Positions 19,700 to 29,535 of a DNA stretch of 33,013 bases are shown piece by piece. Each line of letters starts with the position of its first letter. Positions within the stretch are counted from its first letter, which is position 1. Both the position numbers and the translations under genes were made by a program. A model generated the notes under the pieces. It was not told where the DNA came from. It searched no databases and saw only the letters and a list, made by a program, of their open reading frames with translations. This stretch comes from Craspedostauros australis. Its lineage: Eukaryota. The stretch spans positions 1 through 33,013 of the forward strand of contig JALAGF010004691.1 in NCBI GenBank assembly GCA_030167865.1, given 5' to 3'.

Positions 19700-19799
19700 G
19701 GCGTGCTCCACACAACTTCCCAACTCCCAAGTTCAATCACAACGTTGTGCAATACCTGGCACAGCAAAACACTCAACATCTGAACATCACATCATCACC

Positions 19800-22364
19800 A
19801 TGAATCTGGAGTTGCTGGATCCGTTCCAGATCAAGATCCCGGATCGCATCGATGCAACGTTGCGATTGCCAGATGCCCTGCACTTCCGCAGGCCGGTGCC
19901 AAAGAAGCGCCTGAATCAGAGCCAATCCGGGAAGAAGCAGGATGCATCGCATCACAACGATGACTGGAAGGCCGCCAACCACCTTGCCTACAACCGCCGC
20001 GGGACGTACGTGGCCATCGGTTATGGCAGCGGGACCGTCGCCATCTTCGACACGCTCAGCAGGACGCTGAGCGCCGTTTACCCAGCTGCTCCCAAGATTG
20101 TGGGAAAAGCACCAGCAGGAGCGCCGGCCACACCAGCAACAACAACGAAAGCAGCAAAAGCAGCAAGCAAGTCGTCTGCTGCGAGTGTTGCCAAATCGAA
20201 GTCTGCGTCCGCATCGACATCATCATCTGCTGCCAGCTCAAAGAATGCTATCTCCAAGAATGCCAACCCCAAAAGTGCGAGTCCAAAGAGTGCTATCTCA
20301 AAGAGTGCCATCTCAAAGAGTGCCAACCCCAAAAGTGCGAGTTCAAAGAGTGCCAACTCAAAGGGTGCGAGTCCAAAGAGCGTAAGTAAACACAAAATCG
20401 GCAGCACAAGCAAGATGGACGTTGATTCCATCAAAAGGGAAAAGTCCGCATCGAAGCAGCCAGCCAGCGACTTCACTTCCAGCGTCGGCGTCACGTGCGT
20501 GTCGTGGTCCAAAAAGTCACGCACGCTGCTCGTCGGTGCGGCCAATGAGACCCTGGTTCGATTGATCGATACAACGCATCCACTTGGACCCAGGGAATGC
20601 AATCACGACGAAGGAGATACGTCAGATGTCTCCAAGAAGAAGGCGAACGGCACCAGCGCCAGCAGCAATGGCAGCAGCAACAACAACGCATCAATGCCTG
20701 GCAAAGATGGGTCTGGAAAATCCACTGTCAAGGGCAGTAATAGCGGTAGCAAGGTAGACAACGCGGACAATGACGACGACGAAGATGACACCAAGAGCCA
20801 AACGAGCACGGAGCAAACCACCAAAAGTCGATCCAAGAACAAGTACGAATCGTCCTTCATCGAGCGCTTGGAAAGTGCCGCGTCACATTCATCGTCCGTT
20901 TCCGGAAGCCATGTCACCAGCAAGGCTGGCAATCTCCTCAACGTCAAGAACCTCTACTTCGAAGGCGACTCGAAGCTCCATTCCGATCTCAACACAACGG
21001 CGAACGCCAACTCGGACAGCCAGGGCAGGCACAGCAGACGTCGTCAGCGGCGTCAGTTCCCGCCCAAGCACCCGCAGCGTGGAATTCACGCTGATGATGC
21101 CCACAAGAGGGTCCCCTTCGTGCAATTCCATTTGCCGGCTCCCTTTTCGAGTTCGTTACAGGTTCACCCACGCGACGCGTGTGCTGGTATTGCAACATTG
21201 ACGGACGGATCGTTGGTTGCCTTCTGGGTGCCGCATGAAGCATTTGAACCGATTGCGGAACCTGCTTCGGTTGCTGCTGCTGCTGCTGCTGCTAGCAAGA
21301 AGCTGGAACCAAAAAAGAAGAAGCTCAAGCATGTTGCAGAAGATAAAATGGATGTGGACGACAAATCGAAGGACAAGAAGGCTGGAGGGAAAAGTAGTGG
21401 TCATGCTGGTGACAAAGGAAAGTCTGCCGCCGCCGAAGCGAGCACCAGCGCCGCTGATGCTATCTCTGATCAAAAGGCCAAAAGCAAGATGAAATCAAGA
21501 CGAGCCGTCAAGCTTGCGGCCATTCACGATGGAAAGAAGAAGTTCATCTCGTGCGCTGCCTTCGATCCCAGTGGCGAGCGTCTCTACGCCGCCACCAAGG
21601 ATGGTCACTTGATGGGATTTGAGCTTGGATCGTTGTTCGACAACTTTCAGCGGTCTGAGGTCAAGGCGGTGCAAACGCTTAAACCAAGTTTCACCATCCC
21701 AGTCCCGGGCGGAGCCCAAGTGTGGCATTTGATGGTGAGCAGGAACGGGCAATTCCTCGCCATGAACAGCGCGGATGCTGCGATCCGTCTCTACTCCACC
21801 AAGGCTTGCTGGGAGGTCCCGGAGGAAGTCGAGAAGCCGATGTGGGTGTTTCAGGACGTCGTCAACAAAGTCAAATTCGCTTCCTGTGACATCTCCGGCG
21901 ATGCCGAGTACCTCGTGGCGGGGGCCAACGGTCACAACAACCAGTACGAGCTCTTCATTTGGAACATCTCCACCGGCGTCCTCATGGACAAGCTCAAGGG
22001 TTCCGGCGTAACATTGTACAGCGTCGCATACCACCCCGCACGCTCCTTCTTCGCCTGCGCCACCTCCGATGGTCTCATCGATGTTTGGAGCCCGCGCATC
22101 AATTGGACGTCCTTCGCGCCGGACTTTCAGGCGCTGCCTGCGAACGTAGAGTACGTGGAGCAGGAAGACGAATTCGACATTGTCCCCACGAATGGCAGCA
22201 CCCAGAGCGTCAATGAAAAAGACGAGGAAGATGAAGAGGATATCAACGTGGATGTGGTCAACATCGAGCCAGTTCCCGCATTCGCGTCAGATTCTGAGAA
22301 TGAGGAAGATATCTTCTCCTTCCCGGTCAAGGTGATGCGGCATATGGGGTACATGACAGGTTGA
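19800..22364 (+). CDS. RBBP5: RBBP5/Swd1-like WD40 subunit of the COMPASS H3K4 methyltransferase complex, with long low-complexity insertions
   Basis: Starts MNLELLDPF. WD blades AYNRRGTYVAIG, VSWSKKSRTLL, FQDVVNK, LFIWN. C-terminal NWTSFAPDFQALPANVEYVEQEDEFD and acidic ..INVDV match RBBP5 hallmark motifs. Confidence 0.92.
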   Translation: MNLELLDPFQIKIPDRIDATLRLPDALHFRRPVPKKRLNQSQSGKKQDASHHNDDWKAANHLAYNRRGTYVAIGYGSGTVAIFDTLSRTLSAVYPAAPKIVGKAPAGAPATPATTTKAAKAASKSSAASVAKSKSASASTSSSAASSKNAISKNANPKSASPKSAISKSAISKSANPKSASSKSANSKGASPKSVSKHKIGSTSKMDVDSIKREKSASKQPASDFTSSVGVTCVSWSKKSRTLLVGAANETLVRLIDTTHPLGPRECNHDEGDTSDVSKKKANGTSASSNGSSNNNASMPGKDGSGKSTVKGSNSGSKVDNADNDDDEDDTKSQTSTEQTTKSRSKNKYESSFIERLESAASHSSSVSGSHVTSKAGNLLNVKNLYFEGDSKLHSDLNTTANANSDSQGRHSRRRQRRQFPPKHPQRGIHADDAHKRVPFVQFHLPAPFSSSLQVHPRDACAGIATLTDGSLVAFWVPHEAFEPIAEPASVAAAAAAASKKLEPKKKKLKHVAEDKMDVDDKSKDKKAGGKSSGHAGDKGKSAAAEASTSAADAISDQKAKSKMKSRRAVKLAAIHDGKKKFISCAAFDPSGERLYAATKDGHLMGFELGSLFDNFQRSEVKAVQTLKPSFTIPVPGGAQVWHLMVSRNGQFLAMNSADAAIRLYSTKACWEVPEEVEKPMWVFQDVVNKVKFASCDISGDAEYLVAGANGHNNQYELFIWNISTGVLMDKLKGSGVTLYSVAYHPARSFFACATSDGLIDVWSPRINWTSFAPDFQALPANVEYVEQEDEFDIVPTNGSTQSVNEKDEEDEEDINVDVVNIEPVPAFASDSENEEDIFSFPVKVMRHMGYMTG
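20241..20390 (+). repeat. Coding 15-bp minisatellite encoding K(S/N/G)A(I/N/S)(S/P), about 10 units
   Basis: Translates as KNAIS KNANP KSASP KSAIS KSAIS KSANP KSASS KSANS KGASP KSVSK, in frame within RBBP5. Confidence 0.92.
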
Positions 22365-23872
22365 GTGTGAGGTCTCATGAAGTGGGATGGGCAAAGTCGA
22401 TGTGAGACGGAACAGCAGAGGCAGAGGCCAAGGTGGAGGTTGACATGCTCAATTAGAAGCTGTGCTATGCACCATCGCTCCGCATTCCGTTTTGGGAAGG
22501 GTCGAACTGGAGAGAGCATGACATGCACATGCTGCTGCGGAAAGTTTATGAACACTGGGAACGCGATACGCACTTCGCAACAGCCAGACCTTGTCGTATC
22601 GTATGACGAATGGATCATTCTGTGATGTTAAGAGTGATAGAGAGTAGAACGGAGTGAATGATTGAAGTCGACGAACGAATGAACGAATCAATGAACTACG
22701 CTCTGGGGACAAGGCAGGATGATTCCAGCGTCGCTTCAGGGAAAGCAAGGGACAGGTGTGCTCAATCAAGAGGATTATGTACCAAGCACTCCGCTGAACA
22801 ATGAGCAACTCGTTCTCCACCACTCTGCGTGTGTGTTTGTGCGTGATTTGCCACCACAGATTTCTGTGCTGTCGTGGGGCGGGGGGGGGGAGTTTGTGAA
22901 ATAATATATTATCTCTAATTTATACGAAGATTTGCGTGTGACGGACAGACTTGGATGGACGACATCAACTGCCAAACGTGTATTCCCACGTTTGGTCCTA
23001 CTCGAGTGTTTGGTGATTGATGTCGACGCAGTCGAATGGTTCGAAGATACCAAACAAGACCAAACCTCGTTCTCAAGAACGACAGCGAAGACCTTCCGCC
23101 ACGACCGAGATCACCATTTGCGAAGGCTGTGTCCACGCGGCGTTTGGATGGAATCACTCCCAACCACTGCCCTCTGCCACCGAAACCAGAGAGAGCCAAG
23201 AACACGCAGACCCATACCACGCTCACACGAGTACGCACCGTCCTATTTCGCACTCACAAGGCCTTGCGCACGTTACCACGCTCGTATCAGTACTTGTGGT
23301 GATCAGTGGTGCAGTGGATGATCCGGAGAATTCTCCTGTTGTGATCGACTTCTTCGTCGATCCAATCGCTCGTCCTCTCCCTCCCGTCCAAGCAGTCGTC
23401 CCTTGCTCCGGCGCTCCGGCATGTGCTCTCACGATACTCTTGCGCCATGCAAACATGGTCGCCGCGTGGCTTCCAATCTCTCTTGGATCTGAGAAGTCAT
23501 GAGAACAGGTTCCACTCGGTTCTACTCTATCACCGTTCCTCTCTTTCATCACGGTTCGACGACAGTGGCAAATGGTACGACTACTGATACGAGTACGAAC
23601 TATGATACTCCAGAGGTTGCTTTCGTGGTCGCTCCGTCACACCGATCTTCGCCGACGCCTGCGACGCTGCTGATTCTGTGCTGACAGTGCTTCGAAGTTG
23701 TCCGTCCAACATTCTGTGCTCACAATTTCAAGCTCGAAGCCATCAACAAACCAACAACCAAAAGAAACACACAATTCACTCACTACACTCCATCGCAACC
23801 TACAATACTACAACAACACACTAGTACTCTCCTCACTAACGCACAAGCTCAGCACCCCACCATCACCCAAAC

Positions 23873-23926
23873 CAACAGCATTCAACAGCATTCAACAACA
23901 TTCAACAACATTCAACAGCATTCAAC
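23873..23926 (+). repeat. 10-bp tandem repeat TTCAACA(A/G)CA, about 5 copies, abutting a start codon
   Basis: Full units at 23881, 23891, 23901 and 23911; the last unit runs into the ATG at 23927. Confidence 0.9.
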
Positions 23927-24700
23927 ATGACCGTCTCAGCCACCATTGCTTCCACCTCCGCTCCAGCAACCACCTCTGGTGCCAACGCTTCGGCGGCCAT
24001 CAGCAGCGTTCTGATGATCGGCGCCACCGGACGAATGGGAGTCCAGCTCATCAACTCAATGTCCAAGCACGAAGCCACCAACGGTGCCTCCGTCGAGATC
24101 TCAGCATTCTGCCGCACCCCAGACAAGCTTGATGCCGACACCAAGGCACGATGCGCACATGTCTACAAGGGTGACGCTCGCCGTGCCTCCGACCTCGAGC
24201 ACGCCATCCGTGATTCCAACGCCGATCTCGTCCTCGTCGCCGTCGGTAACGGTGACGACGTCAGCAAGTCCGATATCCGCGAGGCCAACGCCAAAGCGCT
24301 CGTGCAGGTCCTCGCCGGCAATCCAGCATTCGAGCACGTCCGCGTCTTCGTGGTCTCCAGCAACGGCGCGGGACCCACCAAGATCAAGGCAGGCTTCGGC
24401 CTCGGTCTGATCCTGCAGTACTACCTGCGTCACGTGATGAAGGATCACACGAATCAGGAGAACGTTTTCCTGAGCGGCATGAAGAACCGTGTCGGATTTG
24501 TGCGTCCCACAGCATTGACCGATGGCAAGCCGACCGGGCACATGAAGACCTTCGGCGACAAGGACAAGCCACCGTCCATCCAGACCGACCGCGCCGATTT
24601 GGCCGATTGGGTGACCGCCAACGTCGTGTTCGGAGCCGATTCCAACAAGGTGAATCCCTTTGGTTCTAACGCCTTCAACATCACATGCGTCAAGAAGTGA
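23927..24700 (+). CDS. NAD(P)H-binding atypical SDR (flavin reductase / biliverdin IXbeta reductase-like)
   Basis: Rossmann motif VLMIGATGRMG, then FCRTPDKL, YKGDA, VVSSNG, DHTNQE, FVRPTALTDG, TDRADLA. Strong C-ending codon bias. Confidence 0.88.
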   Translation: MTVSATIASTSAPATTSGANASAAISSVLMIGATGRMGVQLINSMSKHEATNGASVEISAFCRTPDKLDADTKARCAHVYKGDARRASDLEHAIRDSNADLVLVAVGNGDDVSKSDIREANAKALVQVLAGNPAFEHVRVFVVSSNGAGPTKIKAGFGLGLILQYYLRHVMKDHTNQENVFLSGMKNRVGFVRPTALTDGKPTGHMKTFGDKDKPPSIQTDRADLADWVTANVVFGADSNKVNPFGSNAFNITCVKK

Positions 24701-25308
24701 GAACGCAAAATGAGACCTTGATTCGTGGTGTGTTCAGTGTGAGAATTCGCCCCAGTTTGACAGGAAGCAACGTTAGCGGCAACTGCGACGACAGCATGAA
24801 ACTCACACGAGCCATGTCGGGTAGAGAGGTGGAACCACAGAACAATAGCGAATCGTCGACTTACAGATCATATACTACGTACGAATACCCTGCGTCGAAG
24901 ATATCAGTTTGATGGAAACGGCTAGAGTACTCAGTTCCGCACCATACACAGCCCAGAAGAAAGTAGTCCACTTGTAGCAAGAGCAGTCAGATACATCTAC
25001 TCGTCGTACCAGTATCACCCGTACGATGGTGATTGCAACAGGTGGAATGCTGCTGCACTCTTTCACCGCGTCGCATGCCATTCTCTCTCTCTCTCCTTTG
25101 CGGCCTGCGATGGTCTTCACTCCGGAGATTGATTTGTGTGTTGCGCTTGTTGTTGGTACTCGCTTGGCTGTGTTTGTTGTGATGTCTGTGACTTCGTTTT
25201 GGATCATTATTGCCCATTTTGTGACACCATGCCTTCGCCAGAAATACGTGTACAACTGCAGTATGTGCAGAGATGCAAGATCATGGATACCCAATCCATT
25301 CTTCCCTC

Positions 25309-27066
25309 CTACACCCCGATTGCGTACGGCGGGATGCAGTAGTGAAATACGCATCCCTGTTCACTGTCGGTGCCCTTCGTCTTTTTGGAAAGTTCCGTAT
25401 CCTCATCCGTCGGCGCTTTCGAAAACAGATTCGCAAAGAACCGACCCCATTTGGACGACAGTGATGACGCTTCGGTGGCACTCTCCTCTTGGTCGTCTTG
25501 GCTGCTTGCTGCGTTGTCGCTTTTTGCAGTCATTGCGTTCGCGTCCGCGTCTGCATCTGCTGTGGCTGACATGCCGACGGATGAGGAAAGGTTGTCCCAC
25601 AATGAAGAAAGCGTCGATGCCGGCGTTACTGTGGTGCCCGCATCAGAATCGGCGCTGATACCAATACTGAGATCGTCAGGAATGGCACTGCTGCTGTCGT
25701 CAGCAACGGATGCGATTGTCCGGTCGCTTTTTTTTGGCTCCATCTGATTGCTTTTGCTTGAGTCGGCTTGGAACGGCTGGATCGATTCGCCATTTCTTTC
25801 ATGAGCAGTGGGACCATCACTTGCAGCAATCGCGGGATCTTCTGTTTTTGATGTGGTCATCATCGTCGTCGCTGCCGATGCTGCTGCTATCCCTGTGTCT
25901 GCAAGGGTGTCAACTTGATTCGGTTCCAGGTACTGCATCGTGTCGAACAGTGGCACTCCCAAACCCCGCGTTTGCTGTTCCACATAAGCGCTCGGCTTCT
26001 CGCAACGATGCGACAAAGGCAGGTAGATGATGCGTATGTAGGCCTCGTAGCCGACGTCCATGACGTAAAAGAATGCCAAGACGTAGACCAGGAAGAGCTT
26101 GAGACGGCGCGTGAATTTGACATCGCGAATGGTCGAGAATTGAAAATCTTCATCCGGTATGATCATGATGCAACCCAGAAGGACCGCGCCGAGCAGCTTG
26201 ACGCAGAGCAAGGCGAGGAGATGCAAACGGCCGTGTGGCTTGCGGAATTGGATGGACATGAAGATGACGAAGATGATGACGAGCAGCAGGAGGTTGAGGT
26301 AAGGCGATTTGCTTCCTTCTTGCGACAATGTTTTGGCGTGAGTGCCTTTCTGCGCTTGTTCTTCCACATGCGCTTCTGCTTGCGTCTGTTCCGGGTACCG
26401 CAATCGCACCTGAACTTTTGGCAATGATTGGATCTGCGCTTGCGTGATGGCAAGCGATCTGGTTGGAGTGATGGGAAATGAACGATCATTAGACTGAATG
26501 GTGGCCATCTCGTCATTTTGTTGGGAGTGCTGGTGCTGCTGGTGCTGCTGCTGATGTAGTTGGATTTGGATGTCGGTAGCGCTGGTATCATCGCCGCAGA
26601 GGGCAACGTGGGACAGGTCGGTCCAGTTGGTGCGGTCGTGCCCATCGTGATGGGATTCTGCGCGAACTTCACCTCGACCCAGCGTCTGCATTCGTGTTGG
26701 TGTTTGCATTTGACTTGATGGGGATCCTCCTGCCGCTGAACTGTCATCGCGATTTCTGGATCTGGTGGGTGTGCCCTGGATGTTCCTACGGGTGTGGTTG
26801 TCAGTGTGGCTGCCAGCGTGGCTGCGATCGGGGGTTGCTGGCGTGCTTCTCGTCGTCCTGGCCCTTGCCTTGGCTGCTGAAACTGGTGAGTACATGTCCG
26901 ACCGGTCCATCGAATTCGACAATGATTCATTGGCATTCGGCTGTTCCTGTTGATACTGTTGTTGCTGCTCATTCTTTGGGACGAAGACGTACTCTATCGG
27001 AAAGCCTCCTGCGCTGGGCGGATCGAGCATCCTCGACACCCAGTTGCGGGAGCCTGACTTCGGCAT
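25309..27066 (-). CDS. Hypothetical membrane protein (585 aa, about 3 TM helices, disordered termini)
   Basis: Long ATG-initiated ORF with three hydrophobic stretches (LNLLLLVIIFVIFMSI; LHLLALLCVKLLGAVLLGCIMII; LFLVYVLAFFYVM). No family recognised; 3' end uncertain. Confidence 0.7.
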   Translation of the reverse strand: MPKSGSRNWVSRMLDPPSAGGFPIEYVFVPKNEQQQQYQQEQPNANESLSNSMDRSDMYSPVSAAKARARTTRSTPATPDRSHAGSHTDNHTRRNIQGTPTRSRNRDDSSAAGGSPSSQMQTPTRMQTLGRGEVRAESHHDGHDRTNWTDLSHVALCGDDTSATDIQIQLHQQQHQQHQHSQQNDEMATIQSNDRSFPITPTRSLAITQAQIQSLPKVQVRLRYPEQTQAEAHVEEQAQKGTHAKTLSQEGSKSPYLNLLLLVIIFVIFMSIQFRKPHGRLHLLALLCVKLLGAVLLGCIMIIPDEDFQFSTIRDVKFTRRLKLFLVYVLAFFYVMDVGYEAYIRIIYLPLSHRCEKPSAYVEQQTRGLGVPLFDTMQYLEPNQVDTLADTGIAAASAATTMMTTSKTEDPAIAASDGPTAHERNGESIQPFQADSSKSNQMEPKKSDRTIASVADDSSSAIPDDLSIGISADSDAGTTVTPASTLSSLWDNLSSSVGMSATADADADANAMTAKSDNAASSQDDQEESATEASSLSSKWGRFFANLFSKAPTDEDTELSKKTKGTDSEQGCVFHYCIPPYAIGV

Positions 27067-27930
27067 CTTCGTTTTTCACCCTGATTGCTACTCCTACGAG
27101 CTATGAGTACGACCCACTCGGACGAATGCTGCCCTGAGCGTGTTTTCCGCGATGCCTTGCTTTCAACGTGGCTGCTGTTCGACTTGTAGATCGTAATCGT
27201 GTCGGTATCCCCCGAGGTGAAGGAAACCGTGCCCCAGTTCAATTGATGTATGATTGGTACCAACACTTCGCAGTCCTCTTCTGCACACCCGTGGTTCGTT
27301 GTGGTACGAGCTACGAGTATGTGAAACATGAACACGGGAGCATGTGTTGATGGTGGTGGGAGGTTGGTGGCGATTGTGGAAGATCTCCCACGAGATCGCC
27401 TCTTCTCCACATGCCACGTCACGATTTCAAAGTTCTTCGTCTCCCGCCAAAATCGATCATATGATCGAAGGAGTCAAGAAACAGCATTCTAACGAGTCAA
27501 ACGTCACGACAGGAATCTCACGTCCCCGAAACTGCGCAACGGTTGGATTTGCCGCGCAAAACGGAATCAGCATCGACACCAGCGAACACAACGGTGGGAA
27601 AGGCGTCGATGGGAACAGTGCAGGCAGCACGAGTGAAGCATCTGCGGAGTCCTCCAGGCTCACCTGTGGCATACCCTCATCTTCACACCTCTGTTCGATC
27701 ATATTCTAGTCGCAACTGTTGCAGCAACCACTTCATGAGAGACGACGAGACTGCAAGTGATAATCTGGAGAGAGTAAGCTGATTCAAGACCACAGCCCAA
27801 AACACACACCACGAGCCTTCAAGCAATAGTACAAGTAGGTTCAGAAGCTCATATACTCGCGCATACTCGTACCTTCGCAGGAGAGAACAAGAGACAAAGC
27901 CAGAAGAGACAGAACGCAATTGAGAATCGC

Positions 27931-27980
27931 ATCATCAAACATCATCAAACAGCACCAAACAGCATCAAACAACATCAAAT
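27931..27980 (+). repeat. Degenerate 10-bp repeat (consensus A-x-CATCAAAC), 5 copies, in a putative 5' leader
   Basis: ATCATCAAAC ATCATCAAAC AGCACCAAAC AGCATCAAAC AACATCAAAT, ending about 27 bp before the ATG at 28008. Confidence 0.8.
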
Positions 27981-28007
27981 CGCAAACAACAGGAATCAAC
28001 AGGAATC

Positions 28008-28319
28008 ATGATCATCGACGCCAAGACCGTGATCATGACGTTGGTCATCGTGGTGGGAGCCACGCTGTACGGCCTCAAGTTCGTGCGAAAGTTCGCGCTG
28101 CAGATTGCGATGGAGAATCACGACGCCATCAAGGCGATGGATCAGGAAGAGGAGACGCAGAGACTCAAGAAGCAAAAGGCGGCGGACGCGGCAGCCGAGA
28201 CCGCATTTGCCAAGGTGCAGCCGCTTCTCAACGTGAACGCGGCGCCGAGGTCAGGGAATGCGCCGCCAGCAGCAGCGAAGACGGAAGAACAGCCAGCGAA
28301 TGCCGCCAGCAACGTATGA
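28008..28319 (+). CDS. Small hypothetical single-pass membrane protein with coiled-coil tail (103 aa)
   Basis: N-terminal TM VIMTLVIVVGATLYGL, followed by KFVRK and a charged helix. Coding-like codon usage and a C/A-rich leader. Confidence 0.7.
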   Translation: MIIDAKTVIMTLVIVVGATLYGLKFVRKFALQIAMENHDAIKAMDQEEETQRLKKQKAADAAAETAFAKVQPLLNVNAAPRSGNAPPAAAKTEEQPANAASNV

Positions 28320-29535
28320 TGGCTGCGCATGCGGTCGTCGTCGTATTGCCTTGCGTTGTGTGGCATGAGGCTTGGGTGGTGAGTGGGTTATAATTGGGTT
28401 GTGATGCAGATGCGACTGCAACCACCATCGCATTTCAATGGGAAAGAAGAGGTGGAACAATTGTTGAGGCAACCAACTCTCCTTGCTGAAGGACTCTCAT
28501 CATCAAGTTTGCACGCACATACCGCTGCTATGGTCCATGGAGCACTCAACAAGGCTTCATCAGCGTGATGCAACGCAACACAGCACAACACAACACAAAG
28601 TGGTGGAGATGAAAAGAAACGAGGTATCCGAGGAAAGAACCAAATGCCCTGCGTTTTCCAATTGAATTTTCCATTACAAACACAAACGATCGCTGCAACA
28701 ACCCAACATGCAATCAATCAATGGCAGCAGGAACGAGCGTTGCAACATTGAAGCACGGTTGGCCGTACTCATGATATAACAATGGAAACCATGGAAATCC
28801 ATTTGAGTTTTCCTTGTAGCACACGCAACGCTGTCAAGTATTATATGTTCGAAAGCCCAGAGGAGATTTGTCCTCGTTTACCATCTGACACCCGCACTTA
28901 CACTTTCACTCGAACGTGAACACAAACACAGGGGCTCCTCTCAATCTGCAAGCAAATTGTCCAGTTGTCCTCGCAGTCTTCACAGCAATATTGAAGCATA
29001 TCCCCGCGGAGCCCCTGTGGCATGGGTGCCTTAGTCTACTCCATACGATGCCTCCTTTCGCATGCCTCCACCTCCTCCCTTCACACACGCGCCAACGCAG
29101 GTGCTGGCTCGTGGTATGGTGCGAGTCACCAACCTATCTCTCTAGATTCGATGAGAAGTTACCTCCGTGTGGCAGATTCGCGTGCTGATAGGCAGAAAGT
29201 CCGAATTCCTGTGCGAACCAAAAGAGGCTTTTTTCTGCAGTCGGTGATGGTGTTTGGTGTCTGTTCTGTGTTGTTCGTCGCTGTGGCGTTGGCTGCAGTC
29301 CGTTCGCAGGCCCACACAGAGCAAGAAACGCCAACCACCACAAGGTGAACAACAACATCGCGATCATCAACCACAAACACGAGAACCGCATAGTAGCTTG
29401 CAGTCATAATCACGCCAGGGCAGGCATCGTACATGGTCCAGGCCAGCGTCCTGGACAGCATCAGCATCATCACAACCAACAGAACTGGCATCAAAACCAG
29501 GCAAAGAACATCATCAACAGCAACATTAGCACAAG

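Noticed and set aside
19641-19799. CIEWD-repeat N-terminus of RBBP5
   Set aside because: It is the translation of an upstream 15-bp DNA repeat from a TTG; the conserved MNLELLDPF start is at 19800.
23017-23684. Possible gene or upstream exon before the SDR (short ORFs; CTAAC branch-like motif near 23836)
   Set aside because: No recognisable protein, and the SDR is complete from the ATG at 23927; a 5' UTR intron cannot be supported without transcripts.
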